From assembly GCA_034428715.1 (NCBI GenBank), contig DAOUHE010000096.1, forward strand, positions 2,915 through 66,914: a DNA stretch of 64,000 nucleotides. Reading direction: 5' to 3'. Every line of letters begins with the position of its first letter. Within the stretch, counting starts at the first letter, position 1. Shown one piece after another: positions 25,589-35,058 of this stretch. A program made the position numbers and the translations under genes. The notes below the pieces were generated by a model. That model saw only the letters and a program-made list of their open reading frames with translations, was not told where the DNA came from and ran no database searches. Source of the DNA: Dehalococcoidia bacterium (GTDB lineage: Bacteria; Chloroflexota; Dehalococcoidia; Lucifugimonadales; UBA3495).

Positions 25589-26794
25589 TTACAGGATCCC
25601 TTGGAGCAGCTCCACCAGGTCTTCTTTGTCGTTCACCGGGCGGACGTTTCGATGCAGGCCAAAGTCGGTCATCGCGTCTTCGGCTATTTGTTGGACTCCT
25701 TCTCGGGTCACGCCTACATCCTTTAGTTTCAATGGCATCCCTGTTTCCCGGTAGACGCTCTCCACGGCATCGGCCGCCAACTTGGCCGCCTGTTGCGGGT
25801 CCAGACCGTGGGTTTCCACGCCCAGCAGGAACGCCAATCTGGCCTGTCCAGCGGCGTTGTAGCTGCGGTTGAAACGTATTCCTGGTGCGGTGAGGATGGA
25901 GTACGCTGACCCGTGGTCACATTCGGGGTATCTGGTGTCCAACGAATGGGCCAGGGAGCTGACCACGGCCATGGCGCCGCCGCCGCCCGCGCCGTTGTCG
26001 TTGGACCGGTTGGCCAGAAAAGCCGCCGCCGTCAGATTCATCCGCACCTGACCATCGCCGGGTTGTTTCTGGACCAATGCCATATTGCCCGTCAGCAGCC
26101 TGAGGGCCTGGAGCAAGTCGCCTTCGGCCAGGGGGTTGATGCCCTGCGACTGCAACCCGCCAACCACGCCGCTATAACATGAAGCGGCGGCGCTGAGGAA
26201 CAACTGAGGCGGCGCTGTCAGCAGGGCTTCTTCGTCCCATATCACGGCGCAGGGCCGGGTTTTAGGATCAAACAATTCAACGCGGTGGCCCGTTTCGGGA
26301 TCGATCACCGCCGTCCCCGCCCGGGTCATGGCGGTGGTGGGAGTGGTCAACACGACGATGTTGGGAACCTTGGGTTGCATCAAACGGGGGCTCACCGGCG
26401 GTTTGCCAGGCGGGTATTTGGTGGCATGATCCTGGGCCCGGCCGCCCTCGGCCAGAAGGATGGTGATCGCCCGGGTGGTGACCACCGCGCTGCCGCCGCC
26501 TAGAGCCACGATCAGGTCGGCCCCCGCCTCGGCCGCCATGGCGGCGCCTTCCTCCACCGAAGGAAGGGGCGAACCTGCCTGCGCTCCATCGAAAACACCG
26601 GCCAGCCGCTCTCCCAGCGCATCCTTAGTGCGATCCAATAAGTTTGTGCCGCGGGCCACGCTCTGGCCGCAGACGATAAAAGCCCGTTTCGCCCGCTGGC
26701 GGTCCACCTCCTCGGCAAGTCTGTCCAGGGCATCCGTACCCGCGTGGATGCGCAGTGGAACGGCTACGGAGCGAAACGATTTGACATTGGGCAA
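25589..26794 (-). CDS. Iron-containing alcohol dehydrogenase family protein (maleylacetate reductase-like)
   Basis: VPLRIHAGTDALDRLAEEV..AFIVCGQS and GGGSAVVTTRA. Proposed start TTG at 26794, preceded by AGGAGA. The track ORF start at 27028 adds about 78 non-homologous residues. Confidence 0.75.
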   Translation of the reverse strand: MPNVKSFRSVAVPLRIHAGTDALDRLAEEVDRQRAKRAFIVCGQSVARGTNLLDRTKDALGERLAGVFDGAQAGSPLPSVEEGAAMAAEAGADLIVALGGGSAVVTTRAITILLAEGGRAQDHATKYPPGKPPVSPRLMQPKVPNIVVLTTPTTAMTRAGTAVIDPETGHRVELFDPKTRPCAVIWDEEALLTAPPQLFLSAAASCYSGVVGGLQSQGINPLAEGDLLQALRLLTGNMALVQKQPGDGQVRMNLTAAAFLANRSNDNGAGGGGAMAVVSSLAHSLDTRYPECDHGSAYSILTAPGIRFNRSYNAAGQARLAFLLGVETHGLDPQQAAKLAADAVESVYRETGMPLKLKDVGVTREGVQQIAEDAMTDFGLHRNVRPVNDKEDLVELLQGIL

Positions 26795-27003
26795 AATAAA
26801 TCTCCTGGTGTCTATATCGGCGAAGCCTGTGGATGTGCCTATGTTGCCACCGGCCCATGGATTTGGCAACAAAGGCCCGCGATGACTTCGGCGTTTGTGT
26901 GTAGACGAAATCGGGCCAGCACCGCTCAATTGTTTCCAGCCGGCAGCCCACCGGCATGTTATATTAATGAGATCACCGGCATCTTCCTTGATTTTAACGA
27001 GGT

Positions 27004-27417
27004 ATGTCTTTGACCACCGGCGACACACGGATCAGGCGTTACCGCAACCAGAGCATCAATCTGCTGCAGACGGCGTTTCTTGAGTTGCGTCAGGGGCGAT
27101 GGTCCCGGTCGGAAGAGTTGCTGTGGGGCAGCCTGACATTGGCAGTAAAGGGTGCGGCGCTGAGCCGGGGAGATGTGCTGCAAGACCAGGACGAGATCCG
27201 AGAATATGCCTTGTCGCTGGGCCGGGAGCGGCGGGACCGGCGCATACGTGAAGCCTTCACCCAGCTTTCCAACTTCTCGGATGCCGCCGAGCGGGTTCGT
27301 GATTCCCGCTACCGGGTGGACCGCTTGACGATGATGCTGGAAGATCTAAGCGCCGCCGTAGAACAACTCTGGGCGATCGCCGACCTGGATGAACCCGCGA
27401 ATGACTCCAATCATTGA
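27004..27417 (+). CDS. Hypothetical helical protein, PaREP1/HEPN-like (tentative)
   Basis: SEELLWGSLTLAVKGAALSRG..EIREYALSL resembles the archaeal PaREP1 helical-bundle pattern from memory. The 3' end overlaps the mtaB ORF. Confidence 0.4.
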   Translation: MSLTTGDTRIRRYRNQSINLLQTAFLELRQGRWSRSEELLWGSLTLAVKGAALSRGDVLQDQDEIREYALSLGRERRDRRIREAFTQLSNFSDAAERVRDSRYRVDRLTMMLEDLSAAVEQLWAIADLDEPANDSNH

Positions 27418-28816
27418 GCCAGAGGAGGTGTCCCAACCTGTGGGACCCAGCCTGCGGTCTCCCGTAATTCCACGCACTGGAACTCCGGCGGACGGCCCAA
27501 CGGTGGCCATCGCCACCCAGGGTTGCAAGCTCAACCAAGCTGACTCCGATGTTTTGGCCAGAAGCTTCGCCGAGGCGGGCTACCGGATAGTCGACGCCAA
27601 TCAGGGCCCCCAGGTATTCGTCCTGAACACCTGCACCGTGACCGCAACCGCTGACGCCAAAGCCAGAAGGGCGCTGCGGTCGGCCCGCCGGTCAAATCCT
27701 CAAGCCCTGGTGGTTGCTACCGGTTGTTTCGCCCAAAGAGCCCCAGAGGACCTGCAGGCATTGGAAGCCGTGTCCCTGGTGGTGGGCAATTTCCAAAAAG
27801 ACAAGCTGGTTTCCATCGTCTCCGGCGCCTTAGATTACGGCAACCAACCGCAATCCATCGGAGAACCGGTAACGAAGCTTCACGGCTTTGCTCTTTCTCC
27901 CAAGGCGAAGGCCAAGCCAAAAGCATTAAAAGCGGTTCGCACCAGGGCCACCATCAAGATCCAGGAAGGCTGCGATCAGGTATGCGCCTACTGCATCGTG
28001 CCCAGAGTGCGGGGCCGCGAGCGCAGCATTCCCGTGGCGGAGCTGGTGGGGCAGATCAACCGGTACGCAGCCGAGGGATTCAAAGAAGTGGTGCTAACGG
28101 GTACCCAGTTGGGGACCTACGGCTTCGACCTGCCCCAGACCAGCCTGCCCGATTTGTTGCGAAGAATCTTGAGCGAGACAACGGTGCCCAGGATCCGCGT
28201 TTCTTCACTTCAAGCCCAGGAGATAAGTTCCGCGTTGCTGGACATCTGGGACACCGGCCGTTTGTGCCCCCACTTCCACATACCGCTGCAGAGCGGGAGT
28301 AACGGTGTGTTGAAAGCCATGCGCCGCCGTTACGACACCGGGACGTTCGCCTCTACCGTGGAGATGGTCCGAAACCGCATCCCACACGCCGGCATCACCA
28401 CCGATCTGATCGCGGGTTTTCCAGGGGAAGATGAGACCAGTTTCCAAGAAAGCTTGGATTTTGCCTCATCAATGGCTTTCAGCGACATGCATGTCTTTCC
28501 CTATTCACCAAGGCCAGGAACCAGCGCCGCCCATTATGTAAACCTGGTTCCCGAAGACGTGAAGAAGGACCGCACCGCCCAGATGCTAGCCGTGGCCAGA
28601 AGCGGATTTCGGAGCTTTCGCAGCGGCCAACTGGGGACGGCCCGGCCGGTATTGTGGGAATCCAGCGTGGTCAAAGACGGGACACGGCGTTGGAGCGGCC
28701 TGACGGATAACTATATCCGCGTCTATGGCGAGTCTATGAGGGACCTGACCAACGTCATCGCCCAGGCCCAACTGCTGGAATGGGATGGTGACCACCCCCG
28801 CGCGGAATTCATTTGA
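27389..28816 (+). CDS. mtaB: tRNA methylthiotransferase, MiaB-like (MtaB type), radical SAM
   Basis: VAIATQGCKLNQADS (UPF0004 domain), QEGCDQVCAYCIVPRVRG (CxxxCxxC) and a C-terminal TRAM-like region. The exact start is uncertain (27389 or 27401). Confidence 0.85.
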   Translation: MNPRMTPIIEPEEVSQPVGPSLRSPVIPRTGTPADGPTVAIATQGCKLNQADSDVLARSFAEAGYRIVDANQGPQVFVLNTCTVTATADAKARRALRSARRSNPQALVVATGCFAQRAPEDLQALEAVSLVVGNFQKDKLVSIVSGALDYGNQPQSIGEPVTKLHGFALSPKAKAKPKALKAVRTRATIKIQEGCDQVCAYCIVPRVRGRERSIPVAELVGQINRYAAEGFKEVVLTGTQLGTYGFDLPQTSLPDLLRRILSETTVPRIRVSSLQAQEISSALLDIWDTGRLCPHFHIPLQSGSNGVLKAMRRRYDTGTFASTVEMVRNRIPHAGITTDLIAGFPGEDETSFQESLDFASSMAFSDMHVFPYSPRPGTSAAHYVNLVPEDVKKDRTAQMLAVARSGFRSFRSGQLGTARPVLWESSVVKDGTRRWSGLTDNYIRVYGESMRDLTNVIAQAQLLEWDGDHPRAEFI

Positions 28817-28989
28817 GTTGCGACGCGATATTTACGACGGCTTGTTTTAAACAACGAGCCGAAGCCGGCTAACGCCCTTCCAGCCGGCCAGCACAGGCCA
28901 ATTGACGGCCGATGTCTGGTCCTGCTCTAGGCTTCAGATCCACGTCAGACAGATCAAGGCGCCGGAGCCTTCCCGGCACAACCCGCAGG

Positions 28990-29820
28990 CTAAAGATCCA
29001 CCGACCTCAGGCAGATGGTGTCTCCCCGGCGTTCCAAGTACCCAGCCTTGGTTTCGTGGCCATGGGAAAACACCAACAGCCAACCCTGGCGCTCGGCCTG
29101 GGTCAGCAGGTCCTTCTTCGACTCCAGGGTGACCTCCGGAGAATTATCGAACGCTGAGATCACCGCCAGATTGAGGTGGTGAGCCGTGGGCACGATATCC
29201 CCCAGATAGACTATCTTTTCTCCCCCGTGGTTAAACATGACGACCTGGTGTCCCCGAGCATGGCCGTCGGTGACGATCACGTTTAGGCCCGGGAAAATCT
29301 CGGTGTCGCCACACAAGAGTTCCAGCTGGCCCCGCTGATCGATGGGACGGAAATTATCCTCCCGGTGTGTGATGTGGCACCTTTCATTGGGGTTGCAAGC
29401 TTCGTCCCAACATGCGCTCTGCACGTAGTATTTTGCCTTGGGGAAACTGGGTACGATGTATCCTGCGCGGTCCAGGCGAGTGCAGCCGCCTGAATGGTCA
29501 AAATGAAGATGAGAGAGTACTACGGCGTGGATATCCTTGGGACCAAGTCCCACGCCCTTGAGACCTTTTAGCAACCGGCTGGGTACCAAACCAAGGGTCT
29601 CTTTGTCATTGTCAATGTCTTTGGAACCCACACCGGTATCCACTAGTACATTTTGCCCCTTTACCTGAAGGAGCAAACAGTTCAATCCCAGGGTCATCCG
29701 GTTTTTGCGGTCGGTCACCACGTTGTTCTCCCAGTCCATCTTGGGGACCTGGCCGAACATGGAGCCTCCGTCCAGTTTGATGACCCCGTCACTTATGATC
29801 TTTACAGTTGTCGACATCAT
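28990..29820 (-). CDS. MBL-fold metallo-hydrolase (lactonase-like)
   Basis: VVLSHLHFDHSGG (HxHxDH). Start ATGATG at 29820, preceded by GGAGGG. Confidence 0.8.
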   Translation of the reverse strand: MMSTTVKIISDGVIKLDGGSMFGQVPKMDWENNVVTDRKNRMTLGLNCLLLQVKGQNVLVDTGVGSKDIDNDKETLGLVPSRLLKGLKGVGLGPKDIHAVVLSHLHFDHSGGCTRLDRAGYIVPSFPKAKYYVQSACWDEACNPNERCHITHREDNFRPIDQRGQLELLCGDTEIFPGLNVIVTDGHARGHQVVMFNHGGEKIVYLGDIVPTAHHLNLAVISAFDNSPEVTLESKKDLLTQAERQGWLLVFSHGHETKAGYLERRGDTICLRSVDL

Positions 29821-29865
29821 GGTCTTCCACCCATACCCTCCTACGAAAATCGTACACTCGCCCAC

Positions 29866-30539
29866 GCCGTGGAAGCTTTACCCCGGCCTGCCTAGGAGCT
29901 GAAAAAGAAATTAAACGATGATTTCTTCCGGGTACCGGGAATATATCGGGTGTTATTATTGTGCTTGAAATCCAAGGCGGCTTCTCTGGTGGGCCCGCGC
30001 CGGCGGCGCCGGCGATGAAGTAGTTGTAATGTGAGTTAATTAAAATTTATACTCTTTTCACCTCATGGTTAAAGATGATGCTGGTTTAGAATATCGGCCC
30101 GCTGTCGAATGGACAAGAAGGGTGTTCAGCTACAACAACAGGGCGTCCACTTAAATTTCTGCTAAAACCCTGACAGTTAGTACTTGAAAATAGTATCTGC
30201 TTATGCAACTTATTTGCCAACGTTAGGATAAACGGTGGGAATCGGGGCCTGTCAAGTAGGTTTTTCTTGAATTACGTGACCATTTTTTAAATTAATCAAA
30301 AATTTACGCTAGGGAATTATTTATACAACAGCAAACATCCCCGGTTTAAACCGAGGGATGCGGGCCGCCGGTGAAATCCGAATGCCGCGGCTCACGCCAC
30401 CCTTAAGCAGGATGATATACTTGCCCTTTCCAAACCTAGCCGGGTGTGTGCCACGCCGCCGGGTACTTTGGATCCCCATGTTGCAGGGAATCTTCCGGCG
30501 ATCTCTGGCCTAGGAACCAACCGCCCTAGGAGCCTTCGA
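29866..30539. other. Long AT-rich non-coding gap between divergent genes
   Basis: About 670 nt with no ORF of 60 aa or more in the track before 30444 (an N-terminal extension of the DUF1800 gene). Long A/T runs (TTAATTAAAATTTATACTC, TTTTTTAAATTAATCAAAAATTTACGC). Imperfect hairpin CATCCCCGG-TTTAAA-CCGAGGGATG near 30338-30362. Confidence 0.6.
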
Positions 30540-31946
30540 ATGAAGAACGATGAGCACGCCCTGATGTCCCACCTGCTGCGCCGCGCCGGATTTGGGGCAA
30601 CACCGGATGAGATAGATACCTATTTGGAACTGGGATATGAAGCGACGGTGGAGGATTTGCTCCACCCCGAAGACGCGCCGGGCCTGGATGATGAAGACCT
30701 CATCCGCCGGTACCAGATCGATCAGAACAGTCTGATGCTCATCGAAAGCTCTCAGGCCTATTGGCTTTACCGCATGATCAATACCAAAAGGCACCTGGAA
30801 GAAAAGATGTCCCTGTTCTGGCACGGCCTGTTCGCCACAGCCTATGGCAAGTTGAACCATGCCAAGGCCGTGGTCAACCAGACCAACACCTTCCGAAGCC
30901 GTGGTTTGGGCAACTTCCACACCCTATTAATCGAGCTTTCCCGGGACCCCGCCATGATCTTCTGGCTGGACAACAAGGACAATCACAACGGCGCGCCTAA
31001 CGAGAACTACGGACGGGAGTTGTTGGAATTATTCTCCATGGGCATCGGCAACTACACCGAGGAAGACGTTAAAGCCTGCGCCAGGGCCTTCTCGGGTTGG
31101 ACCATAGCCAACGCTGAATACATGAGCATCCGGGCCTCCCGGGATTCTATTTGGCCCCATGGGAGATTGGATTGGCAGTTCCAATACCAGCCCGAGGACC
31201 ACGACGACGGCGAAAAGACATTCCTGGGGCAAACCGGCCGTTTTAACGGCGAAGACATCATCGACATCATCTGCCAGCACCCAGCCACGGCCTGGTTCAT
31301 CGCGAGTAAGCTGTACAACTTCTTTGTGGCCGACACACCCGACGAAACCGCCATACAACGACTGGCCGATGAATTCACCCGCACCAGGGGAAACATAGGA
31401 TCGGTGATGCGGACCCTCTTCCTTTCCGATTTCTTCCGGTCGGAGCAAGCCCGCTTCGCCCGGGTGAAGAGCCCGGCCGAACTGGTGGCCGGGACCGCCC
31501 GCCTCACCGGCAGCCACCAATTTTCCGATTGGAGCATCGTCAACCTAGCTATGGATGCCAACTATATGGGGCAGGAGATATTGAATCCTCCTTCGGTGGA
31601 AGGGTGGCACACCGGCATGGAATGGGTGGACACCGGCACATTGGTCGAGCGGGTGAATTCCGCCGCCAAAGACGCCGGGGACATCAACCAGCCCGGAGTG
31701 CGCGCCATCGTAGAGAGGCTGAGGACCAGGGGAGACACTCTCTCCCCCAAAGAGTTGGTGGAAGGTTGCCTGGAATTGGCCGGCGGCATCCAGCTATCAT
31801 CAGCATCCTTCGATCACGTCACGTCATACGTTGCGCACCAGGGCGATCTACGGTTCGCCCAGCAAGATATAGCCGATTGCTCAGAGCAGCGTGTCGCCGA
31901 CCTGCTGCAACTGATAGTGGCCACAAGGGAATACCAGTTGGCATGA
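30540..31946 (+). CDS. DUF1800 family protein
   Basis: MKNDEHALMSHLLRRAGFGATPDEI is the characteristic DUF1800 N-terminus. ATG at 30540, preceded by AGGAG. Confidence 0.8.
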   Translation: MKNDEHALMSHLLRRAGFGATPDEIDTYLELGYEATVEDLLHPEDAPGLDDEDLIRRYQIDQNSLMLIESSQAYWLYRMINTKRHLEEKMSLFWHGLFATAYGKLNHAKAVVNQTNTFRSRGLGNFHTLLIELSRDPAMIFWLDNKDNHNGAPNENYGRELLELFSMGIGNYTEEDVKACARAFSGWTIANAEYMSIRASRDSIWPHGRLDWQFQYQPEDHDDGEKTFLGQTGRFNGEDIIDIICQHPATAWFIASKLYNFFVADTPDETAIQRLADEFTRTRGNIGSVMRTLFLSDFFRSEQARFARVKSPAELVAGTARLTGSHQFSDWSIVNLAMDANYMGQEILNPPSVEGWHTGMEWVDTGTLVERVNSAAKDAGDINQPGVRAIVERLRTRGDTLSPKELVEGCLELAGGIQLSSASFDHVTSYVAHQGDLRFAQQDIADCSEQRVADLLQLIVATREYQLA

Positions 31947-32005
31947 AGAGCTATCAGCGTTCAGCCTGTTGCCCATTCCCGTTCTTCCGGACTGTCCACG
32001 AGGGG

Positions 32006-32033
32006 GCTAGCTGACGGCTGACCGCTGACCGCT
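32006..32033 (+). repeat. Heptanucleotide array GCTA GCTGACG GCTGACC GCTGACC GCT, abutting the ATG at 32034
   Basis: Read directly. Same unit and orientation relative to the downstream gene as the other arrays. Confidence 0.8.
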
Positions 32034-33062
32034 ATGAACACACAACTGCTTCCTACATACAGCCACACCGTAGGCTTTTTGGCCAACACGGGCCGCGGCT
32101 TCAACAACCCGGTGGACGTCGCCCTGGATTCCCAGGGTGTCCTCTACGTCTTGAACCGGGCCGGGCCTGAGACACCCATCCGGTTGCCCTACAAGCGAGT
32201 GAGCATCTGCACCGTGGACGAGGAATACCTGGGGGAATTCGGGACCGGCGGAACGGAAAGCGGGCAGTTCTGGTGGCCGAGTTCCCTGGCGTTGGACAAG
32301 GAAGACCGGGTATATGTGGCCGACGAGGCGTTGCAACGCATCTCAATCTTCTCCAAAGAAGGGGAATTCTTGGGGCAATGGGGCGAGGCCGGAATCATGG
32401 ACGGCCAGCTTAACCGCCCGTCCTACATGGTCTTTGATGGCGACGACAACCTATTGGTGAGCGACAGCCTGAACCACCGGGTGCAGCGGTTCACCAAGGA
32501 CGGCAGGTTCCTTTCCAAGTGGGGTAGTCCCGGTATGGGGCCTGGCCAGTTCGATTACCCCTGGGGTTTGGCTCTGGACAACGATGGGAACGTATACGTT
32601 TCCGACTGGCGCAACGACCGCATCCAAAAATTCACCGCATCGGGGGAATTCCTGGCCCAATGGGGCGAATCCAGCGACGGTGAAGGACAACTAAACCGGC
32701 CGGCAGGGCTGGCGGTGGACGCCAACGGTAATATATTTGTCGCGGATTGGGGAAACGAACGGGTCCAGGTATTCGATTCCAATGGAGTACCGATAGCTAC
32801 ATTGCGTGGCGAGTCGGTAGACTCCACCTGGGCCGCTGACTACTTTGCCGCCAACCCCGAAGAAGGCAACGCCAGGCTGGAGGCCGACCTGGAGCCCAAG
32901 ATCGCGCCGCGGCCGGACAGGGGCTGGGAACAAAAAAGGGAAGAATCGGCCAACGTCGAAAAGTTGTTCTGGGGCCCCACCGCCGTCAAGCTGGACAACC
33001 AGGGCCGAATCTACATCGTAGACAGCCTGCGCCAACGTTTGCAGGTCTACCGGTTAGGATAG
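32034..33062 (+). CDS. NHL-repeat beta-propeller protein
   Basis: Six repeats of the form GxGxGQFxxPxGLAxDxxGNxYVxDxxNxRIQxF (for example GQFDYPWGLALDNDGNVYVSDWRNDRIQKF). Confidence 0.85.
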   Translation: MNTQLLPTYSHTVGFLANTGRGFNNPVDVALDSQGVLYVLNRAGPETPIRLPYKRVSICTVDEEYLGEFGTGGTESGQFWWPSSLALDKEDRVYVADEALQRISIFSKEGEFLGQWGEAGIMDGQLNRPSYMVFDGDDNLLVSDSLNHRVQRFTKDGRFLSKWGSPGMGPGQFDYPWGLALDNDGNVYVSDWRNDRIQKFTASGEFLAQWGESSDGEGQLNRPAGLAVDANGNIFVADWGNERVQVFDSNGVPIATLRGESVDSTWAADYFAANPEEGNARLEADLEPKIAPRPDRGWEQKREESANVEKLFWGPTAVKLDNQGRIYIVDSLRQRLQVYRLG

Positions 33063-33084
33063 GGCCGCAGTCCATCAGCACCGG

Positions 33085-33984
33085 CTAGGAAACCTCGGCC
33101 AACCGCCGCTCCAGGTAAGCCCGCTCAGATTCATTCCCCGTCAGGCTTTTCGCACGCTGATAGGCTTGGGCTGCCTCGTCTGATCGTCTCAACCGGCGAA
33201 GCAGGTCAGCCCGGGCCGCGTGGTAGTAAAAATACTCGTCCAAGCCTCCGGACTCCCCCAGCCGGTCGATCAACATCAGGCCTTGTTCGATACCTTGGGA
33301 CATGGCGATAGCGACCGCCCGGTTCAACTCTACGATGGGAGACGGCGTCAATTGGCTGAGGGTGGCATAAAGACCGGCGATCTGGCGCCAATCGGTCTCA
33401 TCGGGGTGGCCCGCCTCGGCATGTAGCGCGGCGATCGCTGCTTGGACCATATACGGCCGGGGCCTGCCCATGCGAAGACCAAGTTCTAGTAACGATCGGC
33501 CTTCGATGATCTGCTCCCGATCCCAAAGCGCCCTGTCTTGCTCCTCGAGCACCATCAATTCCCCGCTTGGGCCAACCCTGGCGTCACGGCGCGAGTCCTG
33601 TAAACTCCGGAAGCAAATGGTCGGGGGGCACCTGGTATGGGATCTTCGCGGCGCGTATCTTATTTTTGGCACGCACCAAACGCTGGGCCAGTGTCGCGGC
33701 CGGCAACAAAAAAGCGCGGGATATCTCAGGAGTCGTCATTTCTCGGTCCTCCGTTGGTCCCGGCGGAGGCGGTCGATCGCCTTCCGCCGGGCCACGGTGA
33801 TGATCCACGCCGCAGGGCTGGTTGGAACGCCGTCCTTTGGCCACCGCTCCAAGGCCGTGGCCAAGGCGTCCTGCATGGCCTCTTCGGCTTGATCGAAATC
33901 CCCGAGGTAGCGAATCAGAGTCGCCAGGATCTTGCCCGACTCCTCCCGAAACACATCCTCGACGGCTTGTGGGGCGCTGTTCAT
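33085..33984 (-). pseudogene. Decayed ECF-type sigma factor of the long (DUF6596 C-terminal domain) class
   Basis: Three frames carry collinear pieces. Region 2 is EDVFREESGKILATLIRYLGDFDQAEEAMQDAL..ITVARRKAIDRLRR (33984-33736). Region 4 is TTPEISRAFLLPAATLAQRLVRAKNKIRAAKIPYQVP (ending at 33584). The C-terminal domain is GELMVLEEQDRALWDR..AAIAALHAEA..IVELNRAVA. The expected connecting segments are missing. Confidence 0.65.
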
Positions 33985-34038
33985 ATGGCGTCGACTCTCT
34001 CCGGGCCGAGAATGTCCAACACCATGACGCCATCCGGC

Positions 34039-34395
34039 TTAATGCTCGTGCTCACCGAATTCCATGATAGGCCGGACTTTAACTGAGCCATCGGCCGCGC
34101 CGGGAATCTTGGCTGCCCAGGCAATTGCTTCGTCCAGGTCTTTGGCTTCGATCATGAAATAGCCGCCCAGTTGCTCCTTGGTTTCCGCGAACGGTCCATC
34201 GGTGGTCAGGGTTTTGCCGTCACGCATCTGCACGGTGGTTGCGGTGTCGGTGGGCTGCAACGCCTCGCCGCCCAGCATCGCTCCCGCCTTCTCCAGTTCT
34301 TCCTTCCCGTAGGCCTCCATCATGGCGCCCATCTCCTCTTCTGCCATGGCGGCATGGGCTTTTTCATCCAGGTATATCAAACATAGGTATCGCAC
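34039..34395 (-). CDS. YCII-related (DGPF) domain protein
   Basis: MRYLCLIYLDE.. and TDGPFAETKEQLGGYFMIEA are hallmark YCII motifs. GTG start preceded by GAGGAGG. Confidence 0.8.
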   Translation of the reverse strand: MRYLCLIYLDEKAHAAMAEEEMGAMMEAYGKEELEKAGAMLGGEALQPTDTATTVQMRDGKTLTTDGPFAETKEQLGGYFMIEAKDLDEAIAWAAKIPGAADGSVKVRPIMEFGEHEH

Positions 34396-34589
34396 GTCAG
34401 TCCTCCTCGTGGGTGTTGCGACAACCTGGTTTCAAATTTTCCAGGTTGTACTAATACGACGAACGGCTAACCCCCGAATCGACAATTTGTAGGACCCAAT
34501 ATACGTGGATGTGTCCCAAATTCTCAGCCACATCCGATTTTGAATACGGTAAGGGAGGGCACACCTTGTTGCCGTGGGGAGAACGCGTG

Positions 34590-34913
34590 CTATCGGACCT
34601 CGGCCAACGCGATCCCCAAAACCATGCCGCCTTCGCGGCTGATCATGCGGGTGGAATGACCCTTTCCCCAGGTATCTTCCAACAACAATAACCCTCCCGG
34701 CCCAAAGGAGCGTACGTCGCCATCGCTGGCGGTCAATTCATATTCACCCTGTAATACAACGAAAATTTGGCGTTGAGGGCTTGGATGCGGGGCTTCGCCC
34801 GTCCATCCGGTTGGACAACCCACCCAAAAACTTTGGGTGGCCGGCAGGAATTGGGCAATGTTCAAAGGATCGGCAGGTGGAGCGAAATTGACGGGGACCA
34901 GCGCGATGTCCAT
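34590..34913 (-). CDS. Small cupin-like protein (tentative)
   Basis: 107 aa. HPSPQRQIFVVLQGEYELTASDGDVRSFGPGGLLLLED resembles a cupin beta-barrel core. No strong motif. Confidence 0.45.
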   Translation of the reverse strand: MDIALVPVNFAPPADPLNIAQFLPATQSFWVGCPTGWTGEAPHPSPQRQIFVVLQGEYELTASDGDVRSFGPGGLLLLEDTWGKGHSTRMISREGGMVLGIALAEVR

Positions 34914-35058
34914 ATCCTCCCAATGGGACTCACCATTGTCGTCCGTATATATGCGAACGTAATTCGCCTGCTACATGTTCATTTTTGAGGCCTTCCGGCT
35001 CTGGTGTTAGAAAAATCCCTGGCACCGTGAGACCGCGGTCAGTTCGCCCAGGCTATCC

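Noticed and set aside
26795-27028. N-terminal extension of the Fe-ADH ORF
   Set aside because: Family members start near the FILPNVKSF.. position. A TTG with an AGGAGA Shine-Dalgarno sits exactly there, and the extension has no similarity to the family.
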